NCBI GenBank assembly: GCA_951406725.2
Contig: OX597830.1
Location: 18,724,001-18,788,000 of the forward strand
Length of the DNA: 64,000 nucleotides
Reading direction: 5' to 3'
Origin: Octopus vulgaris
Taxonomy: Eukaryota
The first letter of the stretch is position 1; the number at the start of each line of letters is the position of its first letter. The translations under genes and the position numbers were made by a program. Below, one piece after another: positions 49,326 through 62,666 of this stretch. The notes under the pieces are model-generated. The model did not search any database and was not told the DNA's origin. It saw only the letters and a list, made by a program, of their open reading frames with translations.

Positions 49326-52300
49326 ACAACCCGGATTTTAGTCTTCATCAAATATATATACATACATGCATGCACACTGCCATATAAAAAGCACCCAGTA
49401 CACTCTGTAAATTGGTTAATGTTAGGAAGGGTATCCAGCCATAGAAACCATGCCAAAGCTGACAGTTGGACTTAGTGCAATCCTCTAGCTTGCCAGCTTG
49501 TGTCAAACCATCCAACACATGCCAGCATGGGAAATGACATGAAATAATGATGATATATACATATATAAGTATGTGCACATATATATATATATAAATTAAA
49601 TTAGAGATAAAACCACTATTAGGCAAATCAAACAGTGAAAAACATAAACCAAATCATAAAAATAAAAATAATTAATATAATATGCAAAATATATAAAATA
49701 TAAGATTTAAAATTTAAATTATTTAAATTAAAAATTTTTAATTTATGTGCACACATACACACACATCTACATATATGAGTGTATAATGATTATTATTATT
49801 ATTATTATTATTAGAAGTAGTAGTATTACTAATTATTACCATTTCATGTTGTGCTACACATTGAGCTGTCCTTGGATGCTTCCAGTTTATCTTTAACACG
49901 ATGTTACCATTTTCCTGCTCGACTCTTTCTCCATTTGTGAAGAAAAGGAAACCACAAGTTGTTCTCCACTCACAGCATTGCTTTCTTCACCGAACAATGT
50001 AGCCACTTGCAAGAAAAAGAAGAGAGAAATCAACCCCAATGTATAACAGATTTTTTTTAAAAAATTTTTGACCCTGTAAAGATTAAAGGCAAAACTGAAT
50101 GTGGCAGGATTTGAACTTAGAGTATAGAGAGAGGAACAAATAAGGCCTTGTCTAATGACTCTGCTCCTCTCACCCTGCCCTTATGTAGGCTTATATAGCA
50201 GACTCAAAAGTCGTGCCCCATAAAAAGCACAACCTGGGGTGGCAGACCACCCCACTCACCTCCCCTTAGCTATGCTACTGTCTACCAGTTCACCACTTAT
50301 GTATCACACTCAGACACACTGCACACACACACACGACAGGCTTCTTTCAGTTTCTGTCTACCATTTAAGTCTAATGACTCCACCCTGCCAGGAGTGGTAC
50401 AGCCTTGAGTTTGCTCCTTTCACGCTGGGCCCTCCATCAAAGTTTATGCAGGTTTATATACAACAGGGCCCCAAAAATCTTGTCCCCATAAAATGCGTCA
50501 GCTGGGGGCAGACCACCCCCTCTCACCTCCCCTTAGCCACACTACTACCTGCCAGTTCACCACTCACATATCACACACACACACACACCCATTACATACC
50601 CCATGGCATGTGTAGTAATTACACTTGGAACATTAGGCCCGTTTAGTCAAGGTTATTTATGAAGTATTCATTCATTCCCATGCTTGAAAGGTTCACTTTG
50701 TTACTGTGAACTTCCAGGGCAAATATTAATTTCATGCTTAATGTTCCATCACTAAACTGCTTTTTCTTTCTTCTTATCTCTCCTTTGTCGTCTTTGTTAG
50801 CAGAACAGAATGTATCCAGTGATTTACTCATTCGTACAAAAGCCACACCAGTGATTATTCATATCACTCATTACACTTCTACATCAACTACCACACTGCG
50901 ACAGTTTTTGATATGCAAATATAACCAACAGTTATTACTCTAATACTTTGAATATCAGTTCAACTGTCACTGTAATATTCCAGGTTATACCCATATTATC
51001 TCTAATCTTTCACTTGTTTCAGTTATTAGATTGTGGCCATGCTGGGGCACCACATTTTTTAGTCGAATCAATTGACTCAAGTATTTGTTTCTTTTGAGCC
51101 TGGTGCTTATTCTATCAGTACCTTTTGCTGAACTGCCAAGTTACAGGGACATAAACACACCAATAATGGCTGTTAAGCAGTGGTAGGGGGCAAACATGTA
51201 CACAAAGACACGCACACCTCTCCCTTTCTCTCTCTCTCTATATATATACATACACACATATACACATACATACACATACACACACACACATATATATATA
51301 TACACACAATGGGCACTTACCATCTGCCAAGTCCACTCACAAGGCTTTGGTCAGCCTGAGGCTATAGCAGAAGATTCTTACCCAAGGTCCCATGCAGCGG
51401 AACTGAACCTGGAACCATGTAGTTGGGTTCGTACCAAGCTCTTAACAATACTCTAACAATCACCCAATACAACAGTAAAACAACAGCACACTATTCCTAT
51501 ATTTTACATCCCAACAGCCACTCTTACATTTGAATAGCCTTAATTACAATACTTTAATTGCTGACATATTGTTCTGTCCACAAGTACACTACTTATGATA
51601 AGCCACCACAACCACCACCACCACCACTGTCACCACATTAACATAACTATCACTGCTCTAATTATCATTTGTAACTGGTCTTCCTCCGGCATAGCTGTCT
51701 ACCAAAGCTATTTTGTGTATTGTGTGTGCCTGTGCAAATAATTTTTTTTTTTTTATGAATTTACTTAGTGTAGTAGTGGTATTCTTCTCTTTGCTTTACT
51801 TTCTTACTTTCCAGCTTTGCTTGTATGACCCAGGCAAGTATTTAATCACTTGTCTGGATATTCTTGTACTGGCCTGGAGTATACAAATAGTCAAATGCTC
51901 TGTCTAAAATACAATGCAATGTGGGCAATATAATACAAACTGTCAAGACCTGAGGCATGTTACGAATACAGTGCTGAGCCAATAAAGATAAAACTGCTGT
52001 ATCACTTATATGTAGAAACCTCATCAACCCGTAATCTCTAACATTATAAACTAGCAAAGGTGGTGGAGTTATAGAAACACTAGAGCACCAGGCTAAATTA
52101 TCTTTCAGTACTTGGCATTAGTGATACGTTTCTATCTTTCATTCCACTCCTACACCAAGTTCCGCAGTTCTTTCTTTAAAGATAAACCGCACAGTGCAAT
52201 TATAGCTATTTGTCTTTCTTTGACCTCTGATATTATAAACCAATATATTGGTTTAAAATTTTGGCACATGGTCGGCAATTTGGGGGGAGCGGGGTTAGTC

Positions 52301-52715
52301 AATTACATCTACTCCAGTGCTCAACTGGTGGTTATTTTATCAACCCCAAAAGGATGAAAGGCAAAGCTGACCTCGGCGGAAATATTACAAACTAATATAT
52401 TAAAGCCATGAAAATATCAGCTGCTTTATTCAAATTCTTCAAATAAAAATTTTCCCTCGTGTGTGTGTGTATGTAAGTTGTTTTTTTTAATTTGTGCATC
52501 CTTGTTTGGATGTCACATGACAGTTGCAAATAAGCATTGTTATAGAAGTGGTGTTTTTTTCCTGTCTTTTGTGGAAAATGTCAGACCAAGGGAAATATTG
52601 TTACCTTGCATGGAAACAAGTGAGAGCTAACATCAGGGAAGGCATCTGACTGTATAAAACTTGTCTAAACAAATTCCATCTGAGCCATGCAACCATGGAA
52701 AAGCAGACTTTAAAT

Positions 52716-52958
52716 CAGTGGTTTTCCAACCATTCTGTTTACCTACAGGCCCCTCTGATCCCTATTTTACTCTATTGGATTCCATACCCATTTGATGTAG
52801 ATAAAAAAGATCCTACTGTATTTTTATAATTAAATATTATTAGGAATTGTATTTTTTAAAACAATTTTAATATTTTGTGTATTGCAGAATTATAAGCAAA
52901 TTATTGCACGTAAATTTTAATAACAAAATCTTATGTGGACCCCGGTTAAGAACTACTG
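52716..52958. mobile_element. hAT-type MITE
   Basis: cagtggttttccaacc / ggttaagaactactg; TSD ctttaaat/cttcaaat. Confidence 0.7.
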
Positions 52959-53953
52959 CTTCAAATGAGGATGATGATAGTGATGGTGATGATTCTCTCT
53001 AGCATTTTATGTTTTATCTTGCTTTCATTTTCTTTTGATATTGAAATATGTAGAAGTCTTGGTGAAAAGTCAAGAAGTAATAAATTTTTATATTCTTTTA
53101 TTTTAAGAATTAATAATATTTGAAGTCCACTTACAGAGTGGGGGAAAAAAATAGAAAGAAAACTCTTGTTCTACATGCAAAAAAATTCAGAAGTTACACA
53201 AAAAGTATTATATATACAAATATGAAAATAGACAAATATATTTCTCTCCTTCTCTCACACCCCCACACAATAATATCCTGTCTTCCAGTAAGTTTTAACA
53301 TTGACTCCATAGGATTATTGCTCTGTCTGTTTGTCTCTCTCCTGTTTCTCTCCCCTTCCCCTTTCTCACTAACTTCTCTTTCTCTTATCTGTTTTTATAG
53401 TACCTTGTCTACCATTGGTCTGTCATTATGAACCATATAATGCCTCAACACTTCAACGTATTACTTTTCTTAATTATGTCATGGAACCAACAGTGCCTTG
53501 TTTTCTATTCCATCCATTTATATCAATCACACAGAGAACTATTATAGCATGTGTGTGTGTGTGTGTGAAAGGAAGAGAGACAGAGAGGCATCATCTAAGT
53601 TTGTCTTTTGCAGTAGACACAATGTATTGACATAGATGTATGAATCAGCAATAAATTCAAGCAAACATCTAATAATGCACAAGTAATGTATTAGGGACAT
53701 AGGGTAATTGGAGTTTAGTCACATATTAGTCTTTGTGCCATGTAAAAACCACCCAACACACTGTATAAAGTGGTTAGCCTTAAGGAGGGCACCAAGCCAA
53801 ATCAGACAGGTGTAACTCTACAGCTTGCCAACCCTGGTCAAACCGTCCAACCTATGCCAGCAGGAAAACAGATATTAACCCTTTCGTTACTGTATTTATT
53901 TTGAGATGTTCTGTGTTTCTTTCAATTACTTTAAATATAACAAAGAATTTAGT

Positions 53954-54280
53954 TTCGTTTTTGGATTTGGTTTGCAAGATACTTTATATGAGTTCATGTG
54001 TTGAAGCATATTCTGTTGTGTCTGGGGAGAGTCATTTTCTTTTTGTGCCTTATTATTTAACACACTCGCCGGTAAAATTTCCACTTATTTCTTATTTTTA
54101 TTCTCCTAAAATTTTCGTTGCGTCTTGCAACCTTTTCAATAGTCTTGAGAGTCAAAACTATTGAAAAGGTTGCAAGATGCAACGAAAATTTTAGGAAAAT
54201 AAAAATAAGAAATAAGTGGAAATTTTACCAGTGAGTGTGTTAAATAATAAGGCACAAAAGAAAATGACTTTCCCCAGACA
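53954..54280. mobile_element. Fold-back insertion with 12-bp TSD and a U3-A8 hammerhead variant on both arms, nested in a TTAA MITE (53876-54426)
   Basis: TSD aaagaatttagt (53942-53953, 54281-54292); arms ~54020-54143 and 54157-54280. Confidence 0.8.
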
Positions 54281-54884
54281 AAAGAATTTAGTAAAATAAC
54301 TTAGTTATCATTCAGCTAGTGTTAGGAACATAAATTGTGACTAAGGTTTGATGGAAGATTTTGATTAAAAACTTATGAAAACAAGACATTTGTACTACAT
54401 ACAGAGCCATATAATGAAAGGCTTAAATGATGATGATGATGACAATGAAGATTAAATGTTCTGTGTTTTGCCTATGGTATGTACATATACACACATAGAG
54501 AAATACAAAGTCATGGTTTGAGTAACTTTCATCATAGGTCTGTTGAGTCAGGGTTGATCTAGGGATAATCAAAAATATCATTAACATTTTAAAGCTATTA
54601 CAGTGTATGATAGTTGTAACTTTAATCCGTTAGCATTCAAATTAATCTTTCAAATGTAAAGCTTATTTATTCATATTGTTTTGAATTAATCCTGCATTAT
54701 CTTGTAGCTTCAAGATTTTGATTATGTGATTGTTTATTTTTATAACGACATAGTAGAGTAGTTGTGAAAGGCTGGATCTGACCAGTTTGAACATAAAACA
54801 GGTAGAATAGAATATATGTCAGATGTGGCTAGTTTGTTTGCTAAACGGTTAAAGTCCTGGACCATTGTGTCAGTATTTCACTTC

Positions 54885-55280
54885 TTATTTCTTTATTGCC
54901 TACAAGGGGGCTAAACACAGAGGGGACAAACAAGGACAGACAAAGGGATCAACGATTACATCGACCCCAGTGTGTAACTGGTACTTAATTTATCGACCCC
55001 GAAAGGATGAAAGGCAAAGTCGACCTTGGCAGAATTTGAACTCAGAACGTAACAGCAGACGAAATACCTATTTCTTTACTACCCACAAGGGGCTAAACAC
55101 AGAGGGGACAAACAACGACAGACACACGGATTAAGTCGATTACATCAACCCCAGTGCATAACTGGTACTTATTTAATTGACCCCGAAAGGATGAAAGGCA
55201 AAGTCGACCTCGGCGGAATTTGAACTTAGATCGTAACAGCAGACGAAATACCGCTTAGCATTTCGTCCAGCATGCTAACG
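54885..55280 (-). mobile_element. Dimeric Meta-like SINE concatemer
   Basis: Same aagaaatag/gtatttcgtc junction (reads gacgaaatacctatttctt on +). Confidence 0.8.
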
Positions 55281-58200
55281 TTTCTGCTAGCTCACAGCCT
55301 TTTTCATTTCTTGCTTAATTTTATGATGTTTCCACAAACCTAAGTACATAAGTTTGCCTGCTTTAATGTGCTTGACTGAACATAACAACAACAACAACAA
55401 TAATAATTATAAACTGACTCCAGTAGCTCCTTACTTTATGCTTGGCTTGTTGTGAATAAGAAAGAGCATTCATCTGTAAAATGCTGATATTAATTTGTGG
55501 GAAATATATAAAATAAACAAAGACTATAAAAAGTAAATAAATCTTCCACTGATCTGCTTTTATAGTATCTTGTCTATTTCAGATCTGTGATAGAGATCTT
55601 CATATATCTTTACACTTCATCCCACCTTTCTTAAAGGTGCTAATGACATGTCTCTATAATAACACTAACAGTGACTTAGTTTTTGTTTTCCTATCCCATT
55701 CTAACCACATAGACTTAGTTCTATTTACAAATGTGTCTGCATAGAAAAACAGAAAGAAAGAGAGTGAGAGACTTGTAAGAATGTTTATGCTGTGTGCTAA
55801 GAAATTTGTTTCCCGACCACATGATTTCAGGTTCAAACCCACTGTGAGCAAGTGTCTTCTAATATAGCCCCAGGCCGACCAAAGTGAGTGGATTTGGTAG
55901 ATGGAAGCTGAAAGAAGTCCATCATGTGTGTGTTAGTGTTCCTTTGCCTTGACACCACATGATAGTTGTATGTGAGTGTCAGCGTCATGAAAAAGGTTTC
56001 GTTTGTTTCCAATTGTCTGTGAGAAACATATCTGGTCTTGGGGGAAATATTACCTTAGTTAGAATCAGGCAACAGTTGGCTGCAGGAAGGGCATCCAGCT
56101 GTAGAAAACCCATGTCAACAAACTGTTTGACCCAAGCCTGGAAAAGTGGACATTAAAATGGTAATGATGCATTCAAATACATGTTGAGATTTGGCAAATA
56201 CTTGTAACGCATCACTGACGCAATAAAATTGGAATTTATTCATACTTTAGTCTTCGATCCATAAGTGAGTGGATTTGGTAGATGGAAGCAAATATGTGCT
56301 GACTTAAACTCCCTAAATTTAACCTATAGTTTGTGGGTATATATATGGAGATACAAACAAATATGGAAACGTACATAAGTGAAACAGTAAGCTGAGGAAT
56401 TTTCAGTTATTTTTGTTTCTTCGTGTTTATCTCCCTTTAGTTTGTCAGCGGTTAAAAGTGTCCCCCTTGTATCAATGAAAAGCTGATTCGATTCAAGGGA
56501 TGGGAGGGGGTAAAAAAAAAAAAAAGAAACCTAGCCACTTATATTTTTTCCTCATTTCCTTCTCCACGTCCATGACAAGGAATTGATATCAAAAGTTTAG
56601 ATTCTGTAAACACCCGGCAGTAACTTCTCCTCCTTATCAGGACTCAAGCCATTAGCCACAAAGAATAATCTCTAATTGAAGCCTACTCTAAGCTACTAAG
56701 AATGCGTGTGGCAACTTGAAGATCCACCCACCACACGCGATAGACTGGCGGTTGCACGGGCGCGAAAGCTACGTTGTTATCCTCATTCCTTAAACGGTAG
56801 TTTTAAAGGGTGGATAGCTGAACCATCCTAGGGTACAGAGGATGCGCAATCTAGTCTAGGGTCTGGAAGTTTACCACACCATAGTGGGATACCTCACTCG
56901 CCACATAGGTGGGACTAGGCATAACAGCTGCTTAAAAGGGAATGCTACAAAAAGAAAAGTTAAGAACCACTGATTTATATGGTTGATCAGTCCACTATAA
57001 ATAGAAGCCAAATCTCCCTCCAATCACACCTTTATAGTTCACATCACTAGAGTACAATATATAAGATAATAATGGTACATGGTCACAAGGCAGCGAGCTG
57101 GCAGAAATGTTAGCATGCCGGGCGAAATGCGTAGCGGTATTTCGTCTGCCACTACGTTCTGAGTTCAAATTCCGCCAAGGTCGACTTTGCCTTTCATCAT
57201 TTCGGGGTCGATAAATTAAGTACCAGTTATGCACTGGGCGCGATATAATCGACTTAATCCCTTTGTTCTCTCTGTGTTGAGTCCCTTGTGTGTATTAAAG
57301 AAATAGGGCTAACAACAGCTTAAAAGGGATACTATGAAAAGAAAAGTTAAGAACCACTGTTTTATATGGTTGCTCAGTCCACTATAAATAGCAGCCAAAT
57401 CTCCCTCCAATCACACCTTTATAGTTCACATCACTAGAGTACAATACATACAATAATATAATCCATGGTCACAAGCCGGTGAGCTGGTAGAAACGTTAGC
57501 ACACAGTGAAATGCTTAGTATTTTGTCTGTCTTTACATTCTGGGTTCAACCGAGGTCGACTTCGTCTTTCATCCTTTCAGGATCAATAAATTAAGTACCA
57601 GTTGCATACTGGAGGCAATCTAATCGACTGGCCACCTCCCCACAAGAAAATTTCGGGCTTGGGCTTTGTGCCTAGAGTAGAAAAGAATATAGCCCATGGT
57701 CACAGTTTCAATGTCTTTGATCATAGGTCTGCTTGATCGAAGTAGACCAATGGCTAAACAACAGCAGCAATCTTCTAAAATCTGAAACAATTATTATTAT
57801 TATTATTATTATTATTTGGCAGAATTGTTAGCATGTCGGGCGAAATGCTAAGCAGTATTTCATCTGTCGCTATGTTCTGAGTTCAAATTCTGCCAAGGTT
57901 GACTTTGCCGTTCATCCTTTTGGGGTCGATAAAATAAGTACGAGTTGAGTACTGGGGTCGATGTAATCGACCATCCCCCATCCCTACAAATTCCAAGCTT
58001 TCTACCTATAGTAGAAAAGATTATTTTTAAAGGCAAGCTGGCAGTATCGTTAGCATGCTGGACAAAATACTTGGTGGTATTTTGCCGATCACTACGTTCT
58101 GAGTTCAAATCCCGCCAAGGTCAACTTTGCTTTCATTCTTTCAGGGTCAATAAAATAAGTACCAGTTGAGTACTGGGGGGGTCAATGTAATCAACTTGCC

Positions 58201-58806
58201 TCCTTCCTCAAAATTGCTTGCCTTGTGCCAAAATTTGAAATCATTATTTTCTTGGATGGTTCCTCAAAGTTCTTCCAAATTGCTCATCTAAATACCAAAG
58301 TATAAATCTTGTTTTCCTAAAACGCTGGAACAAATATTTTTTTAAATCTTCATATTTTTCAACACTGACCCCCCCCCCACCCCTACCCCGTCCCAAATGT
58401 TTACTTTAAAACAAAAAGTTATTATTTTGTCTTGTTTCTGTTTTTGTTTTTTTTAAATCTATCAATGTCCACAAATTGTTTTTAACCATTTTTTTGTTTG
58501 TTTTTGTTTTTAAGAAAAAAAAAGAAAGAAAAATATGTCAAAGAAACAGCAAATATACCTTCTTTGTAATCATTTTTGTACAAAATTTTCATACACCCTT
58601 TTTTTTTTATTCACGATATATATTTTTTTTAAATATATATATTATAACTTAAGAATGTCCGTCCAACTCCTCAAACAACTGAAGAAAACAAAACAGAATA
58701 TAAAAAAAAAAAACAAACAAAAAAGAAGCCGAAATGATAACAGAAACCCAGAGGAGAAGAAAAGAAGGAAAGGATAAAGATAATGAAAACAAAGCAATAT
58801 ATATAT

Positions 58807-58839
<33 letters not shown>

Positions 58840-58951
58840 CACTGTTTCTGATTGTTGTATTATTGATCTGACAAAGCACTTGGAATATTGTTAAACATGA
58901 AACAAATATGGGTTATTATTAAGTATTGATATTGCGTGGAAAAAAATTATG

Positions 58952-58957
58952 AATAAA
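58952..58957 (+). terminator. Candidate distal polyadenylation signal for Gli (AATAAA with downstream U/GU-rich tract)
   Basis: AATAAA ends a ~700 nt unique AU-rich block; GU/U-rich element at ~59003-59055. Linkage to Gli is inference. Confidence 0.4.
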
Positions 58958-59186
58958 TTCATACAATTCATCATTGTAGCCATAAATAACATATGAAATA
59001 GCTTTTGTTGTCTTCATTTTTTTTGCATTTTTGGTCTTTTTTTTTTTTTTTTTGTTCTCATGAAGTACTAAAAAATATCCTCAATTTATAATGGTTACTT
59101 AATTTACTTTAGTTTTAGTTCCAGATCAGATTTGATTAAGCTGACTTCCGTGATGTGAAGGTAGTCAGTTAAATTTATTAGGTGTA

Positions 59187-59700
59187 CCGTAAATCCTCGA
59201 GTATAATCCGCATTTTTCCCCCAAAAATTTAAAGGTCAAAATCCCTAGTGTGTACTATATACGAGGTTAAAAATGAAAATCATTTTCTAAGCAATGTCCG
59301 AGTCTCTATTTGTTGTCCGGCAAATTTTTATTCAGATGCATTTTGTGATGTCGGGCGCGAAAATACCTTAAGCTAAGCCTGAAAGCAATGAAGTCATAAA
59401 AGAATCATCCATAACTAGCAGTAAGCAACATTTATTAAACGCTATTACTGTTATTTCTTTATTTTCTGCAAACAAAATGCACAAAAAAGCTACACGTTTG
59501 CATTATGTTATATATACAATAATAATAAAGGACGTTACCGTATACAGTTTTACAAACGAAGGACGTTATATAGACCTCCTTGACTCAAGTTAGAGAAAGG
59601 GTGCATATTATACACAAGGTTTAGGTTTTTCAGAGGTACAGCCCCCTAAAAATCCCCTGCGTATTATACTCAAGGGCGGACTATACTCAAGGATTTACGG
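59187..59700. mobile_element. Tc2/pogo-like MITE
   Basis: TA-ccgtaaatcctcgagtata...tatactcaaggatttacgg-TA; inverted copy of 26059-26578. Confidence 0.85.
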
Positions 59701-60010
59701 TAATCCATAAATCCATTTTTTATGTATAGAACCCTTTGATCCCTATTTTACTCAGGTGAACCCTCATAACCATTCCATGTTTAAAAAAAAAACTTATATC
59801 TTTCGTTTTTTATCTTTTACTTGTTTCAGTCATTAGACTGTGACCATGCTGGGGCACAGCCTTGGAGAACTTTTAGTCAAATGAATCAACCCCCGGTACT
59901 TTTTTTTTTTTTAAGCCTGGTATTTATTTTATCTTTGGGCAAATGTCTTCTATAGTCTTGGGATGACCAAAGCCTTGTGAATGGATTTGGTTGACAGAAA
60001 CTGAAAAGAA

Positions 60011-60424
60011 GGCGCTGAGCTGGCAGAAACGTTAGCACGCCAGGTGAAATGCTTAGCGGTATTTCATCTGCTGCTACGTTCTGAGTTCAAATTCCGCCGA
60101 GATCGACTTTGCCTTTCATCCTTTCAGGGTCGATTAAATAAGTACCAGTTACGCACTGGGGTCGATATAATCGACCTAATCCGTTTGTCTGTCCTTGTTT
60201 GTCTTCTCTGTGTTTAGCCCCTTGTGGGTAGTAAAGAAATAGGTATTTCGTCTGCTGTTACGTTCTTTGTTCAAATTCCACCGAGGTCAACTTTGCCTTT
60301 CATCCTTTCAGGGTCGATAAATTAAGTACCAGTTATACACTGAGGTTGATATAATTGACTTAATCCGTTTGTCTGTCCTTGTTTGTCCTCTCTGTGTTTA
60401 GCCCCTTGTGAGCAATAAAGAAAT
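60011..60424 (+). mobile_element. Dimeric Meta-like SINE concatemer nested in a CORE-like SINE
   Basis: Junction aagaaatag/gtatttcgtc at ~60242; flanking duplication aactgaaaagaa. Confidence 0.8.
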
Positions 60425-60899
60425 AACTGAAAAGAAGCCTGTTATATATATATATATATATGTGTTTGTCCCCTACCACATGACAACAGGTGCTGGTGTG
60501 TTTATGTCCCTGTAACTTAGCAGTTTGGCAAAAGAGACCCATAGAATAAGTACCAGGCATTAAAAAGGAAATAAGTACTGGGGTCAATTTGTTCAACTAA
60601 AATTCTTCATAATGGCTGTAGTCTAATGACTGAAACAAGTAAAAGATAAGAGATTGGACTTTGCCAGCCATGCCTGGTCCGTTGCAGGTGAGCTGCAAGA
60701 TGCAGGAGCAAAGAGTGAGAGAAAGTTGTGGCGAAAGAGTCAGCAGAAGTTTGCCATTACGTTCTGCCAGAGCCGCATGAAGCTTAGATGTTTCACTCAT
60801 AAACACACACGTCGCCCAGTCTGAGATTCAAACACGTGATCCCTCGACCACGAGTCCACTGCTCTAACCACTAGGCCATGTGGCTCCACTCATTCATAA

Positions 60900-62600
60900 T
60901 AACTTACATCAAATAAGACAGATGCCGCAGAATTTGCATTTCAACTTAGAATTTGAGGATATTTTCTCATTGTCCGAAGTAGCAGGTTTTGTTTGAGATT
61001 TATCTTTAGATGGTATCTAGAGTCTACTTTTTGTTTTTGTTTTTCTCTCATGTTTGAGGGCAAAAAACGTGTATGTATGTTTTGACTATTAAAAATTTCT
61101 GCTGAGAAATTCTAAAAAAAAATTTTTTAAGAATCTAAAGCAAACCATGAAAGTGGTGGCTGCAAGAGGCTCTCAAATAGGGATATCAGTGGAATAGCCA
61201 AAGTGTGTGCTGCCTGAGGCAATACAGCTTATACAGGCTTATACAACAGATCCAAAATTGCTGCCACCTTAAAAGCATCGCTTGGAGCAAACTTCACTAT
61301 CAGGTGATATCAGTTCTCTAAATAAAGGAGCGGCTGAGAAATATGCCCCTTGCCTCAAAAACAGATTTGGAAAGAAATTTAAAAACAAAATATTATAGAA
61401 TCTGTTAAAAGAGAGGTATTCTCAGTGTGACAATAATATAAATATGGCTGGCATTAATGCAGACATGGCTGTTGCTTGACCAAGATTGACAGAAATAAAG
61501 GCATGATCAAAACAACTTTGGCCAACAGCAGTAATAAGTGGAAAGAGCAGGACTTGGTAAAAATCCTTGAGAAGGAACAATGTGTGAGGCACCATAAAAT
61601 AATGTCTTGTTACATGAGGAGTTTGTCAAGGTGAAGTAGAGGAATGCAGTTATATATTTCTGCTTCATGAATTAGAAGGAAAGATAGTTTTTGCTAAAGT
61701 CCTGTTTGACAAGACATTTTGTCAGACAGGGCACAGGGCCAAGGTTTTAGAACATTAGGCTGGTGCTAAAATGGAGAGGAAGGTGAAAAAGTCATTGCAA
61801 ATTCAGTATATACTAACTCATAGCATGATGGCTCAATTTATGGAACTAAAACATACGAGTCAAGATGCAGTAAAGACAGAGGAATGAGTGAAGACAGGGG
61901 CCAATTGCTGATCATGAGTTTGTGAAACAATATAGGGAGACCATAATTAGCATTTGAAATGGACTTCCAAATCTTGATAGGGCTCTTCAGATTTTTACCA
62001 CTGCAGGAAGAGGAGACGTTGCCAGTCAAGGGTGAGTCCCATAAGCATGAAAGTGCCATCAGTTGAGCCTGTCTAAGATACATGAAGAGCAGTGGAGCTT
62101 TTCTTTATGCATTTATTTAGTGTTCTAGCATTGCTGACAGGTGGTATTATATTGAACAGATGTTAGTGTATATTGGGTATATCCAGCCGTTGGCCAAATT
62201 TCTTGACAAGACACCAACCAGGCATCTTTTACAAGCAGGAGCAGATGGTTTTTCTTCTCTTTGGTGGCTATGGTGAAAAAAGATTGCGGTGGCTATGTTT
62301 AAAATAGTTGAGGCCTGAACTCTATTTCTTCTACGAAGCACTCAACTTTTCAAGTACCACTTGAAGTAGAAAGGCAGAGAGGGAAGTCGTACTCTCATAC
62401 AAATTTGAGAAAAAGTAAGTGCAAGTTATGAACAGTAGTTAAATTTTTACCTGAAGATTTTAGTCAGGTGAGTGGAAGTGCTTGATGGTCTGATTTTGGG
62501 GTTCCCTGATTGTCCAAGAGGGAGCTTCCTACTCTTTTGTGAGTGACCTTGTTTGTAATTTTAGGAACAGATATTGTTAATCCATGTTATCATGCTGTTC
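60900..62600 (-). mobile_element. Possible highly decayed non-LTR retrotransposon remnant
   Basis: Repeat-free, composition-distinct block. - strand fragments such as IKIWKSISNANYGLPILF loosely resemble LINE ORF2 linker sequence; no clear RT motif found. Confidence 0.3.
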
Positions 62601-62666
62601 TATGTACTTACTCGGCCCCTATTTTCTGTCTGGGTGTCATTCACACACACACACAATATATATATA

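Noticed and set aside
50245-50520. GACCACCCC near-consensus Gli-binding sites suggesting autoregulation
   Set aside because: Both are mismatched to GACCACCCA and lie in two copies of the same short repeat end.
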